The notes beneath the pieces are model-generated. The model saw only the letters and a list, made by a program, of their open reading frames with translations. It was not told the DNA's origin and did no database searches. The translations under genes were made by a program, and so were the position numbers. This document shows positions 50,207 through 63,429 of a DNA stretch of 64,000 bases, in pieces. The stretch spans positions 60,447,022 through 60,511,021 of the forward strand of contig NC_068992.1 of the NCBI RefSeq assembly GCF_001194135.2. Reading direction: 5' to 3'. Source of the stretch: Octopus bimaculoides (lineage: Eukaryota). Position 1 is the first letter of the stretch. Each line of letters begins with the position of its first letter.

Positions 50207-52584
50207 AATGCTCAGCAAAGCATTTGAACAAACATATGCAAACGAGCGTATATGATCTATAATGTAGAAAATTATCGAAATCTATTGAATTTTTTTATGT
50301 AAGAATAATATATATGTATATATACACATGTACATACATGCATATACATTATATATACATGCAAAGACACGTAGACACACACGCACGCACACACATATAT
50401 ATATACATACATATACATATATATTCATGTATTACTATGTATTTTTATTAAACTTGGAATATTTCAATATCACTTTATAGATTAAACTTTGAATTGCACG
50501 ACCATAATAATATCTCGATTTCTACTTTATATTTCATACTTCGCAAAATTTCTTTTTGTCCCTTTAAGTTTCGATCCTCATAGAAAAATATTACATCTCA
50601 AGTATATGCTGTGTGCCATACTTGAAACTTAGTGACAGTCTTACGATTATGTTACTCTTCATCCAGTAAACTTCTACATAGCGATCATGATCAGCACTCA
50701 ATTATTTTAATTAATGATATTTTTACTTGTGTATACAAAAGTTGCATTTGAATCTTTATTTCATTTTTTAAATTGTAGATTTTGTTGGTATTTCTAGCGT
50801 CTTAGATAAATAAGTAGGGCTTCATATAAAGATATAGTTTATCTTTTGATGTCTTAAACTTTTTGAGTACCACATTCTAAAAGGTTGTTAATGCCCGAAA
50901 TGAAGAGTGGATAGACAACCGACAACTTATGAAGTGTCCTTTCTCTGTGTTTGCTTGTTCTGTTTTTACGTATTTCATGTTGTTGCACAGTTGGTGACAT
51001 ACATACAAACATACATACATACATACATACAAACATACATACATACATATATGCACACATACATATATCATGTTGCCGAATACACACACGTTGACATAGA
51101 GAATTATGCATCCTGCCGGATAATGAATACTATCCGCCATAATTTTTGCGTACTATTGCAAAAGAAATTAATGCTAAAAGATGTTATTTCCTTTGATGTA
51201 AATGCAAAGAAATAACCTTATTTTGAAAAAATTGTGGCTGCTACCAAACTGTAAAGTGCATACCACGTGGAAACTTACTACTTCATATATCATGCCGACG
51301 AAAGAACTCGCAGCCAGCTACCGCAGATCACGGAACTATCGAGAGAAATTCTAATGGAATTGGAACTGAACCAAGACCTATACGAATTTAGTTCTACAAG
51401 AAGGATAAGGAATATTTTCGATACGATTCAGGAAGAGACTTAAAGAATATTTGGATAAGAAATACTCCTGATATATATTATATATATATATTATATATAT
51501 ATATATATATATATTATATATTATATATTATTATATATTATATATTATATATTATATATTATATATATATATTTGTATCTATAGTTATGTAAATAATACA
51601 TACACATGTATATTATGTATATTATATATCATGTAATTGTTATGAATGTATATTTATATATATATATGTATTCTTGTATATATGTATAAAATATATAAAT
51701 ACACACACACACGCACGCACACACACACATACACATATATATATATGCATGCACATTCACACACGGACACTCATAATATATATATATATGCACATGTTGT
51801 ATGTATGCACGTGAATGCACGTGTATATGTATATGCTTCGTATATGCATGTACGTACGTAGATAAATAAGTTTGTTTACATTTACGGCAAACGGCAGCAC
51901 ATTATCTCGGAGAAGACATATCAGAATTATGTCGAACAATTTTCAACAGAGTTTGATATGTTTACAACAGATACGATAGCTGTGTCAGATCGCCAGTTCT
52001 GAATGTCACGACTTGAGATACACAATGAATGAAGGTTTCAGGAAATATAATTTTAGTTGAAGATTTTTAAAAAAAATGCACATGTTGCTTTATCTGCGTC
52101 TTTTGTTTTCTTTTAACGAAATAAAAATATTGTGGAATAGAAAGTAATAATATTATTTTGTGTGGAATCTTAGAAAATATTGATACAGAATTTCATATTT
52201 ATTTTTTGGAAGCACGTGAGAATATCGTGTTTCTACTTAGGTTATCGAAAGTTACTACGTTGGATTCTCATAATAATTATCCTGTAATTGTATGGTTCAA
52301 AATTACATATTTATATCTACCACGAATTCGTGCAATATACGGATAATAACTTTCTCCATCAGGGAATGGGGATATATAGGGATTTGAGCAGAAAGGAATC
52401 ATAATTAGCATTATCTGGATTTGAAGAATGTGCTCGACTTCAATTTCTCCCGTCTTTTATCAACCTTTGGTTCAATCTTTTCTGACAATAACAAATAAGT
52501 TGTAGTATTATAGAGTGGATTTAATTAAATATATTATTAATTTCTGCCTCATTTATACTTGGCCCTATTCAAGAAATATTATGT

Positions 52585-52855
52585 TTTCTTGTTTCAGTCA
52601 TTGCATTGTGGCCATGCTGGGGCACCGCCTTGAAGTGTTCAAGCGAGAAAAATCTCCCCATTACACATGTTTTAAGTCTAATATTTATTGTATCGGTTAC
52701 TTTTAACGAACTGCTAGATTACGAGCACATGAACTAACACCGTGCATCAAGCGGTGTTGGTATACATAACGGGCTTCTTTCAATTTCCGACTACCATTTC
52801 CACTCACAAATCTTTGGTCGGCCCGAAGCTTTAGTAGAAGACACATGCTCAGGTT
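52585..52855 (-). mobile_element. SINE family B, decayed
   Basis: TCTTGTTTCAGTCATTG...GGCCATGCTGGGGCACCGCCTT...GGGCTTCTTTCAATTTCCG...TTTGGTCGGCCCGAAGC. Confidence 0.85.
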
Positions 52856-52944
52856 GACAATTATATTTCTATTTATAAATGTAGGCTAACATTTAGGCAT
52901 ACAGTGTATATTGTGTGCTTTTGTCTCAATGTCTTTGTGTATTT

Positions 52945-53268
52945 GTATGAGTGGAACTATGTCTCAATTTTATATGGGAACAACTCAATATTAGCCGATG
53001 TCAACAGGAGACATGTGAATTCTGAGAAGCACATAAATAAGGATTATCATCTTTTAAATGCATTCTGTATTTCAAAAGATCTTGTCATGATTTCATCTTC
53101 AAACTCAACTTTCAATTAAGTTATTGCTAATGCTTATCCATCCTGATCTTAGAGATTGATCACCAATCGCTTTTCAACAGTGACCATCTTGTCTTCTGGG
53201 GAAATACTGAATACATTTTCCATATTTCTGTATTTAATTTGGCAGGCTTTGGCTTTATAGAGACTTGG
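52945..53268 (-). pseudogene. Decayed coding-like fragment, family unknown
   Basis: Acceptor ttcattctcctctaaataacag|, then one frame PSLYKAKACQIKYRNMENVFSISPEDKMVTVEKRLVINL*...KVEFEDEIMTRSFEIQNAFKR with scattered stops. Confidence 0.3.
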
Positions 53269-53539
53269 CTGTTATTTAGAGGAGAATGAATAACTTGCAA
53301 TATAGTATCGTATTTGATGGTGTTAAAGACACACAGTCATAGTAAACGCATTCCATTTTCAGTAGCGCATATTCAGGTAAAGCATTTTTATAATGTACTA
53401 AAGCACGGAATATTTAAAGCAATTTCGTACTACGTTACAAGACATAACAGAAGCGCCTTAACTATTTCGGGAAACATATATATGGTAGGCTATTAATTCA
53501 GACGTGATCGTCTAGATTACAATTCTTTCAAATTTTGGC

Positions 53540-53690
53540 ACTAGGCTAGCATCGACTCAGTATTTCACTGGTACTTTATTATATCAACCTCGAAAGGATA
53601 AAATCAAAGTCGATCTCTACGTGATTTGAACTCAGATCATAGAGAGCCAGAAGTACGATTAAGCATTTTATTTGATGCATTAACGATTCG
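53540..53690 (-). mobile_element. SINE family A
   Basis: ACTGGTACTTTATTATATCAACCTCGAAAGGATAAAATCAAAGTCGA...GATTTGAACTCAG. Confidence 0.8.
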
Positions 53691-54383
53691 TCGCACGTAA
53701 CTTATATATATGTGCATGTGTGGGAACAGGACGTCACGAAACATGTACAGCAAAACAGTACGAAGTACGAGACCATGGAACATGAACTATTCTTTCGAAC
53801 AACGAAAGACAAAAATGGAAAACAAAACAAGCAATATAAAGAAAGACGTATCATCAGTTGTTGGCTGTTTGTCAAGTCGCGTATTTCGAGCATATAACAA
53901 CAATATACTCTTTTGATAAAACAGTTGCTCCCGCAAAGCAAATTAAATAAAATTTCGGATTTTGTGGAAGGTTAAAATTGGTAACACAAACAGGAGATTG
54001 AAAAAAAACAGGACGGGCTGCTAAGCCTAAACGAAGTTGTGGTGGCGGACGCGTAAATCAAGCTAGGACAGGAGACAAACAAGAACACGTCTGAAGATCA
54101 GTGAAAAAGAGAATATCTAGGCTGAACTATTGAGAAATCTGCATTTTACACTTTCTAGACTATAAGTTCAGGTTTATAGCTGTAATTATTAGAGCACTGG
54201 GATATGTTGAAATTCCAATGAAGGCTCCTTGGTTCTAGATTAGAAACCGACTCTTTCTCTATTGGCAAGAAATCTTGAAATAAAACTGAATAATGACATA
54301 CATACACACATACATACACACCATACATACATACATATATAAATACATGCATGCATGCATGCATACATACATACATACATACA

Positions 54384-54415
<32 letters not shown>

Positions 54416-54908
54416 CCTCTCGCTTAGATATGTTTGTGTGTGTTTGTTTCTCAATAATATTTCGTGCCCTATCAACAGTTCTAACGACTAGAATAATCCA
54501 CAATTACTTCAAACACTTACATTCATCCATTCACGTACAACTTTTACCTATGTTTCTATCAGAATGTTTTGAACCATTATTCCACTTCCATCTTTGTATC
54601 GTTTCTTCAGATCTTCTATTCTCTTATGTATTCGTTTTTCCTTATTAATCACATTGTTTAATTGTTAGACTTATTTCTATTCTGTGTATTACTCGTATCT
54701 GACTTGCTCTATCGCCAATGTTATAAATTAGAAACGAGACAAATTAGTAAGGTGTTTGTCTTCAGTGTCACAACCTAACATTTACAAAACACCGATGTAA
54801 CGAATCTTCATAGAAAGTCAATTAATTAGAAGCACCGAAGTAAAGTAATTGACGGTACCAATTAGTTCCAAGCGCCTCTTCATTTTCCTTTGACCTTCAA
54901 ATATATAA

Positions 54909-54950
<42 letters not shown>

Positions 54951-55823
54951 ATATATATATATATATATATATAAGAATAGCGTTGCTGTGTCATAAAGAA
55001 CTGCGGCTTCGTAGAGAGATGTTCCTGCGTTCGAGCTAATTACACAGTACAATGAGAAAAAATAGTCTACCTTAGCTTTATAGAGTCGAAAGATCTTGTG
55101 GGCAAATTTTGATACATGGAAACTGTGCTCCTGTGTTCTACCTTTCTACAAGCTATCTTTTATATTTCATATTTTTTCAAGGCACTGAGCTGGCTGAAAC
55201 GTTAGCGCGCCGGGCGAAATGCTTAGCGGTATTTCGTCTGTCTATACGTTTAACGGCGGTGCATCAGCATGGTCGCGACTCTGAGTTGAAACTACAGAAA
55301 AAAATGTCTTTGGACTGCTTTAAAATGCTTTAGACGAATGAATCGACCTTAGTACTTATTTTTGAAATACCGAACCCCTATATTAATAGGGACGTAAATA
55401 AACCAACACCAATTCCCAAGAAGTGGTGAGCAAAAATACCTACAGGAACAGGCGCACACATAAACACAATGAAGGTTATTTAAATATTTAATCAGCTACA
55501 CATGTCTCACATAGAATGGTATAACCAAAATAATGTATGTTGCATATGTATGTACAATTGCTCACATAAATGATTGACTGAAATATTACACAATTACACA
55601 GTGTGAGCAATTAAGTCTCATTCCATTCTAACTGAATCTGTAGTGCCAAAGCAGAGGTTAGTAAATATTCTGCTTGAAGTACTGAATTTATTTAGCGTCT
55701 ATACTTCGGATGTACAAAATTGACATGCCACAGGATGTGAAATAGCACTTTACGTGAAATACTGTGGCCTTAACTCGACAGTTTATTGACCTGGGTTCAG
55801 TGTCTACTATTGATTTAAACAAT

Positions 55824-55854
<31 letters not shown>

Positions 55855-56826
55855 NNNNNNNNNNNNNNNNNNNNNNNNNNNNNNNNNNNNNNNNNNNNNN
55901 NNNNNNNNNNNNNNNNNNNNNNNNNNNNNNNNNNNNNNNNNNNNNNNNNNNNNNNNNNNNNNNNNNNNNNNNNNNNNNNNNNNNNNNNNNNNNNNNNNNN
56001 NNNNNNNNNNNNNNNNNNNNNNNNNNNNNNNNNNNNNNNNNNNNNNNNNNNNNNNNNNNNNNNNNNNNNNNNNNNNNNNNNNNNNNNNNNNNNNNNNNNN
56101 NNNNNNNNNNNNNNNNNNNNNNNNNNNNNNNNNNNNNNNNNNNNNNNNNNNNNNNNNNNNNNNNNNNNNNNNNNNNNNNNNNNNNNNNNNNNNNNNNNNN
56201 NNNNNNNNNNNNNNNNNNNNNNNNNNNNNNNNNNNNNNNNNNNNNNNNNNNNNNNNNNNNNNNNNNNNNNNNNNNNNNNNNNNNNNNNNNNNNNNNNNNN
56301 NNNNNNNNNNNNNNNNNNNNNNNNNNNNNNNNNNNNNNNNNNNNNNNNNNNNNNNNNNNNNNNNNNNNNNNNNNNNNNNNNNNNNNNNNNNNNNNNNNNN
56401 NNNNNNNNNNNNNNNNNNNNNNNNNNNNNNNNNNNNNNNNNNNNNNNNNNNNNNNNNNNNNNNNNNNNNNNNNNNNNNNNNNNNNNNNNNNNNNNNNNNN
56501 NNNNNNNNNNNNNNNNNNNNNNNNNNNNNNNNNNNNNNNNNNNNNNNNNNNNNNNNNNNNNNNNNNNNNNNNNNNNNNNNNNNNNNNNNNNNNNNNNNNN
56601 NNNNNNNNNNNNNNNNNNNNNNNNNNNNNNNNNNNNNNNNNNNNNNNNNNNNNNNNNNNNNNNNNNNNNNNNNNNNNNNNNNNNNNNNNNNNNNNNNNNN
56701 NNNNNNNNNNNNNNNNNNNNNNNNNNNNNNNNNNNNNNNNNNNNNNNNNNNNNNNNNNNNNNNNNNNNNNNNNNNNNNNNNNNNNNNNNNNNNNNNNNNN
56801 NNNNNNNNNNNNNNNNNNNNNATATT

Positions 56827-56860
<34 letters not shown>

Positions 56861-56866
<6 letters not shown>

Positions 56867-57068
56867 TGTTTGTCCCCCCCACCATCGCTTGACAACCGAT
56901 GCTGATGTGTTTACATCCCCGTAACCTAGCGGTTCGGTAAAAAGAGCCCGATAGAATAGGTACTATGCTTACAAAGAATAAGTACTGGGATCGATTTTCT
57001 CGACTAAAGGCGGTGCTCCAGCATGGCCGCAGTCAAATGACTGAAACAAGTAAAAGAGTAAAAGAGTG
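56861..57068 (+). mobile_element. SINE family B, 3' half (5' part lies in a gap)
   Basis: GTTTGTCCCCCCACCATCGCTTGACAACCGATGCTG...GACTGAAACAAGTAAAAGAGTAAAAGAG. Confidence 0.92.
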
Positions 57069-57550
57069 AAGAGTACAGAATTGACCTAAGTAGTACATAA
57101 TCTAGAATTTTCATCTTCATATATATTTCCTTTTCCTAGTCAAAACAATTTATAAGTTGCTTTTCGGTTTTTTTTCCAAAACTAGGGAGAATCTTAACAT
57201 CAATTTATAACCTGAACATAATACTTACGGTCGTTATAAAATTTGATATACTTTTGCATATCATTTTTACAGATAATCTTTTCATTGTGTTATTTTAAAA
57301 ACTAAACCGATTTATCCACATATTTTTCTTGGTAAACTAGAAACAAAATAAAATAATATAAAATACAACATACAGAATATATCTGATTAACTAACAGCCC
57401 TCCTCGCAATAAAAATTTTCCTTCGCCGATAACGCTGTATACAAACTAGTAATGTGAATTAAATTAACAAGACTATTCCTAAAGCAGACGACTTAAGAAA
57501 CCTTTCAATCGGCAGCGCATATAAGAATTCTCAAGATCTAAACGTTATAC

Positions 57551-57586
<36 letters not shown>

Positions 57587-58385
57587 AACGTATGTCTGTG
57601 TGTATGTACGTTCGTATGTATGCATGTATGTATGTATTTATTAGTGTAATCGTTTGTAAAGAAACATTTCAAATTGCCAAGTAGGTTGCGAAAAACTGAG
57701 ATCACTTCAATGGAAGTAAATGAGATTGGATTGATGAGTGTCATTCAGCCTTATTAAACTGATAATATTGTTATTATGGATGATCTAATTAATTTATATC
57801 TGCTTCCCCTACATTCTCTGCCATATTGTGAAGCTAAAAGTTCATCCATTCTCAAATCACCAGAGACTGTTCATTTCTACATGTAATGTTTAGGAGAGTT
57901 TCTTTGTGTTGTCGCCATTATTTATCTTTATTTAGCCTATAATCATTGCGCCCCTACATAGAACAGCTCGTCGTATNNNNNNNNNNNNNNNNNNNNNNNN
58001 NNNNNNNNNNNNNNNNNNNNNNNNNNNNNNNNNNNNNNNNNNNNNNNNNNNNNNNNNNNNNNNNNNNNNNNNNNNNNNNNNNNNNNNNNNNNNNNNNNNN
58101 NNNNNNNNNNNNNNNNNNNNNNNNNNNNNNNNNNNNNNNNNNNNNNNNNNNNNNNNNNNNNNNNNNNNNNNNNNNNNNNNNNNNNNNNNNNNNNNNNNNN
58201 NNNNNNNNNNNNNNNNNNNNNNNNNNNNNNNNNNNNNNNNNNNNNNNNNNNNNNNNNNNNNNNNNNNNNNNNNNNNNNNNNNNNNNNNNNNNNNNNNNNN
58301 NNNNNNNNNNNNNNNNNNNNNNNNNNNNNNNNNNNNNNNNNNNNNNNNNNNNNNNNNNNNNNNNNNNNNNNNNNNNNNNNNNNNN

Positions 58386-58461
<76 letters not shown>

Positions 58462-60609
58462 GAGAGAGAGAAAAAGGGAGAGAGATAATAAGAAAGAGTG
58501 TAGGCCACTGGTGATCCAAACTGATAGGTGTGTAGTGTAAGTGCTGCAATTGATAAGCCACTGGGATCCAATTTCCCAGCGGTGGCCGGAGCTGGGATCC
58601 GTAGTATACTTCCGAGTCAGTGGGTATAGATTAAAGGAAGAGAAAACCAAAACCAAGACATCAAGTCATTTAGATTATTTTAATCATGATAATGGTGAAT
58701 CGAAGTAAGCAAAAGTAATGGATCAATGTGTTGATCCACATGTGTGTGTGTGTGTGTGTGTGTCTGTCTGTGTCTGTATGTGTGTGTCTGTGTGTCTGTA
58801 TGCATACATACATACATACATACATATTTTGGGTAGGGAATGGTAAATTTTACTTCCTTAAGATGCAGTAGAGTGGGGTGGAGCCCACAAAATTGAGGTG
58901 GTGAGATGAATTTCATATTCACACAGCCAGGACTGTGCCACTTTCCTCAAACCTTAGAGCATTTACTTGCCTCTTTCTGCAGTATGAATTCAAATCAACC
59001 AACCGCTGCCGTTACCATTTTTGTCGCCCCTCCCTCGCCGAATGAGTATTCAACTAATAGGCGGTTCGGTAAATGCATTCATTAACTTGCGAATGAATAC
59101 CGCAATTGGGATAGTTAACAAGTCAGTGTATATGTATGTCTGAACAGCAAACATAGAATATGTTTGTATATAAGACGTTATGGCATGGACTGTAATGGCT
59201 ATAATTACAGATCAGAAATGGCCTTGGGCTAAATAACAACAATAATAATAAATTTGAAATCCAATGCATTCATATAAGAAATCAAGAGGTTCATTATCTG
59301 AAGAATATAATTAATATATAATTCAGGGGAAGAATGAAAGCATCTTAAGTTATCGATGCCTTTGGAGAGCACTAACGGTCAAACGCCGCATAGATTGGTT
59401 CGGATATATAATGGTCTAATTACTTACATATTAATTACTAATAATAAATAATCAATTGAAATTATAATTTATTGCTTGAGAGCATGTTTGATGCAGTGTG
59501 CGTTCCGTTGATATTATATTTCACAATATGCTGAAACACTGATGCAGTGAATGTCACACCGTATCTGATTTCGAGCGATGGGACAACAGTCATTACGATA
59601 CTGATATTAATACAAGGTTATAGGCAACGTTAATTGATTCACCAGTATTGGTGAGTGATTACTGAGTTAAACCACAAGGATATATCATTAGAATTACATG
59701 GTAGTGTAGTCACATTTGGCCTTAATTATATTAAAACAAAGGACGTTCCTGATTCTGATATTTTATGGAAATTTTAGTTTTTTTAATTTTTTAATGTGAA
59801 GTTCGACATTGATGCAATTTCGATTTCTCAATAAATTGATGAAATTTCGATTTCTCAATAAAAGAAGATATCGGAATAGTAAATTAAAACTGAAATTAAA
59901 ATCGATAAATTTTTGTGGAGATTTTCTATTATAGCTTTGAATTTCGGATTCATTTTGTTTCTTTGTGGTTTCAAATAAAATTTTACAGTTTTGGCATTAA
60001 TTTTCTCATTTTACTTACTTTTCTGTTTTTTGGTTGAGGATTTTTACCTCTAAACTGGGAATTTTCTACTGCAAAAGCTTGAAACGAAGTTTATGTTCGG
60101 TGCCACTCAGGAGACTTATGATCCCAGTTGATTCCAGTTTCACCTTACATTAATCCCTTGTCACTCAGATTAATCTTTCAAATGTAACATTTATTCACAT
60201 TATTTTGAATTAATCATGTATGATCTGGAAGCTTTGAGATTTCGACAATATCCTTGATTATATTTTGAATGACATTGTACGATTGGTTTGAGAGACTGGA
60301 TATGATCGACTTAACTGTAAACCAGGCAGAATACTGGGCCAGATATAGCCATATCTCGTCCAAATTTTCTGCTTATAAAATCCTAAATGGTTAAGCTTGT
60401 CAGGCATAAGATTATATTCAATATTATTCAATATGTTATTCCTGTTTGAAAAGGCTTCAGCAATTACTGGCAAGGGTCAAGAAGACCGCCATGAGATCTC
60501 AACCTCATTTAGCATCGCTGACTCAATTATTTTTAGTTAGACTGTATATTCTTCAGTGGTCAAAAACAAACACTTTAAAATATAATTTAGTTAAAATAAC
60601 TTATAATAA

Positions 60610-60700
60610 CTAGCGGGACCCGTGAATATTTCACGGAATTAATGGTAAAGCTATTGGGTTATTTCTGAAAGCATTATCCAAAAACCTGAAAGCTTCGACT

Positions 60701-60758
<58 letters not shown>

Positions 60759-60786
60759 CGGCAGTAGTAGCGGCAGCAGTAGCAGA
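60610..60786 (-). mobile_element. Small non-autonomous Helitron-like element
   Basis: On the minus strand it starts A^TC(TGCTACT...) and ends with the hairpin CCGTGAA-ATA-TTCACGG (60620-60636), 6 nt, then CTAG^T. This fits Helitron termini and A^T insertion without TSD. Confidence 0.7.
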
Positions 60787-61213
60787 TATTCTGTCATCGG
60801 TCTTTGCGGATTCTCGTTTGTATGCATTCAAATAGAATTAAGGTAATTCTAGATGGTGCACCTTCCCATGCTGTGTGTTCTCCCACACACTTCAAATTTC
60901 CCTGCAGGTAATCTAATCAGGGTTATGATACTCTCTATAATTAGGTTATTGACTCCAGCTCTTACAAAATAAATTGCTATCTTTTATTATTTTTGAAAAT
61001 CGATTAGGCATAAGAAAGAGATTGTGCTGTTTCTGAACAGTCACACGAATCATGGAAATGCAAATCATACTTAATTTATATTACGTTAAACTCAAGTACA
61101 AAACACGTGTGCGTGTAGATGGCTATGCGCATGCATATATGCATGTATAAATATACAAACACACACGCACACACACGCACACATATATACGCACATATAT
61201 ATATACATATATA

Positions 61214-61446
61214 AGGCGGCGAGCTGGCAGAAACGTTAGCACGCCGGGCGAAATGCTTAGCGGTATTTCGTCTGCCGCTACGTTCTGAGTTCAAATACTA
61301 CCGAGGTCGACTTTGTCTTTCATCGTTTCGGGGTCGATTAAATAAGTACCAGTTACGCACTGGGGTCGATATACTCGACTTAATCCGTTTGTCTGTCCTT
61401 GCTTGTCCCCTCTGTGTGCAGCCCCTTGTGGGTAGTAAAGAAATAG
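61214..61446 (+). mobile_element. SINE family A, young full-length copy
   Basis: GGCGGCGAGCTGGCAGAAACGTTAGC (A box)...GAGTTCAAATAC (B box)...GGGGTCGATTAAATAAGTACCAGTT...AAAGAAATAG. Confidence 0.93.
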
Positions 61447-61661
61447 CACACATATATACGCACATATACAAACATACATACAGACATACATGCATAAATA
61501 CACAAATACATGCACTCGAGGAGTAAAATTATGTACAGTAGTGGAGGTCAGTTACTCAGCAGATATTAACATAAAGCTAATGATCAACGACAACAAAAGA
61601 AAGATACATCCATGCTGATTTTGAGAAATTTACAGATACTCCACCCGGGTTACAAGCTTAG

Positions 61662-61799
61662 ATTTATATCAGTCATTACCAGGGTATCTGGAGTTGTAAC
61701 CAACTACCTCAGCACCAGTTTTGTGAAACTATGATTTTCAAAACCGGAAAGGAGAAGGCTAAGAGACTACAAACACAAGCCATCTATGGAACTGTCAAA
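61662..61799 (+). CDS. Candidate 138-nt exon (IYISHYQGIWSCNQLPQHQFCETMIFKTGKEKAKRLQTQAIYGTVK)
   Basis: Donor CAAA|gtatgt. The acceptor is weak (cttag|); the stronger upstream acceptor at 61635 includes an in-frame TAG. Confidence 0.25.
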
Positions 61800-62060
61800 G
61801 TATGTAAAAGCTTCAAAACGTTTAGCATATACGCACATATCCACATGTCTAGACATTCACTTATGTGTATAAATTATACAAGTAAAACAAAATATAAAGA
61901 TCTGCACATGCACCGACTCCAAGTATTGCACATGTGCATGCGCATCTGCTCTGTTAATGTTGTTGAAATTCCAGAAAGGAAGTTTTTGATCCATGTCAGA
62001 AATCATCTCTTTCTCCATTGACGAGAAATCTGGAAAATAAGACTGAATCATAACAGACAT

Positions 62061-62351
62061 AAATACGAGTCTGGTAAGATTCATGATTGACTATGTTAAA
62101 TACGAGTCTCGTAGGATTCATGATTGACTATGTTAAATACGAGTCTCGTAGGATTCATGATTGACTATGTTAAATACGAGTCTCGTAGGATTCATGATTG
62201 ACTATGTTAAATACGAGTCTGGTAAGATTCATGATTGACTATGTTAAATACGAGTCTCGTAGGATTCATGATTGACTATGTTAAATACGAGTCTCGTAGG
62301 ATTCATGATTGACTATGTTAAATACGAGTCTCGTAGGATTCATGATTGACT
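62061..62351. repeat. 37-bp minisatellite, 8 copies, in ABBB-ABBB higher order
   Basis: Unit AAATACGAGTCT(G/C)GTA(A/G)GATTCATGATTGACTATGTT starts at 62061, 62098, 62135, 62172, 62209, 62246, 62283 and 62320. Confidence 0.97.
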
Positions 62352-62447
62352 TTGTTCTCTCATCTGAGAGTTGATATTTAGTTTGTATTTTGCCATTAAT
62401 AAAACTTCTTATTGTCTTGTTATATGTTGGATTCATTTACTTTTTAC

Positions 62448-62757
62448 CTTTTACTTGGTTCAGTCATTGGACTGCGACCATAGTGCAGCACCGCTTTGAA
62501 GGGTTTCAAACGACACCAATACATAATAATTTGCTTTTTCTGGGTTTTTTTTTTCTTGAGCCTGGCATTTACTTTGTCGATGTCTTTTGTCGAATCGATC
62601 GGTTACATGACATATACAAGCCCGTAAGTTAGCGGGGTGGGGAAACACAACCATAAACTACGCACACATGGATACATAAACATACACACTCGCACATACA
62701 CACACACACACACATACATATACATACACACATATATACATATATATCTATATATAT

Positions 62758-62810
<53 letters not shown>

Positions 62811-63000
62811 TATGTATATATATATATATATATACGAAGGGCTTCTTCCAGTTTCTGCCTGCCAAATGAGCTCACAAGGCGTTGGTCGGTCCTGGGTTAT
62901 AGTAGAAGATATTAACCCAAGCTCCCATCAAGTAGGATTGAACCCGAAGCTACGTGGTTGGGAAGCAAACTGCTTACCACAAGGCCACGCCTACGCCTAT
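62448..63000 (-). mobile_element. SINE family B with expanded internal microsatellite
   Basis: Tail TTTTACTTGGTTCAGTCATT at about 62450; head GGATTGAACCC...CTTACCACAAGGCCACGCCTACGCCTA at 62935-62999. Confidence 0.88.
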
Positions 63001-63429
63001 GGTATATGAAATAAAATTTGAAAACCGTCAGTTGCTGGTGCTACCATCCTATATACAGTGCCACAATGAAGAAGAATATTTTGAATATTAGAGTTTATTA
63101 ATAGCCGACAACATTTCCATGTTGTTGGCTGTTAATAACCGAGAATGGAGGAAGCCTGAAATAAATAATGAAACTTACACAGAGTCTATTTCACAAATTT
63201 CTAGTCAAATTGGACTAATATTTCGTGTTGATATCAATGAATCTGGAAATGTTTTTATTCTTTTTGGATATCGGGATTAGTTCTTTTAAATTTCATATTT
63301 TTCAACAGCAACAATACTTATTTGTCTTCAGATTCCAACAATATATTGTTGAATGAAAATCTGTTGGCTTTAAATCCGTGATTATTATTTGGAATATTAT
63401 CTTGTTTGTTGAAAAGGTGGTCTTATATT

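Noticed and set aside
215-58656. Long ORFs of 130-416 aa in the supplied track
   Set aside because: They are open only because they cross N-runs or di/trinucleotide tracts (YIYI, CVCV, poly-X, poly-K, poly-D).
8180-59530. Recurrent IIFH peptide motif (about 8190 minus, 10390, 11735, 59510) suggesting one gene family
   Set aside because: A rough estimate for AT-rich DNA gives about two chance occurrences in six frames of this window, and two of the four belong to one duplication.
59809-59862. 27-bp tandem duplication
   Set aside because: An ordinary two-copy slippage product with no further structure.
62061-62351. CRISPR-like 37-bp palindromic repeats
   Set aside because: The units are head-to-tail with no unique spacers, there are no cas genes, and the context is eukaryotic.
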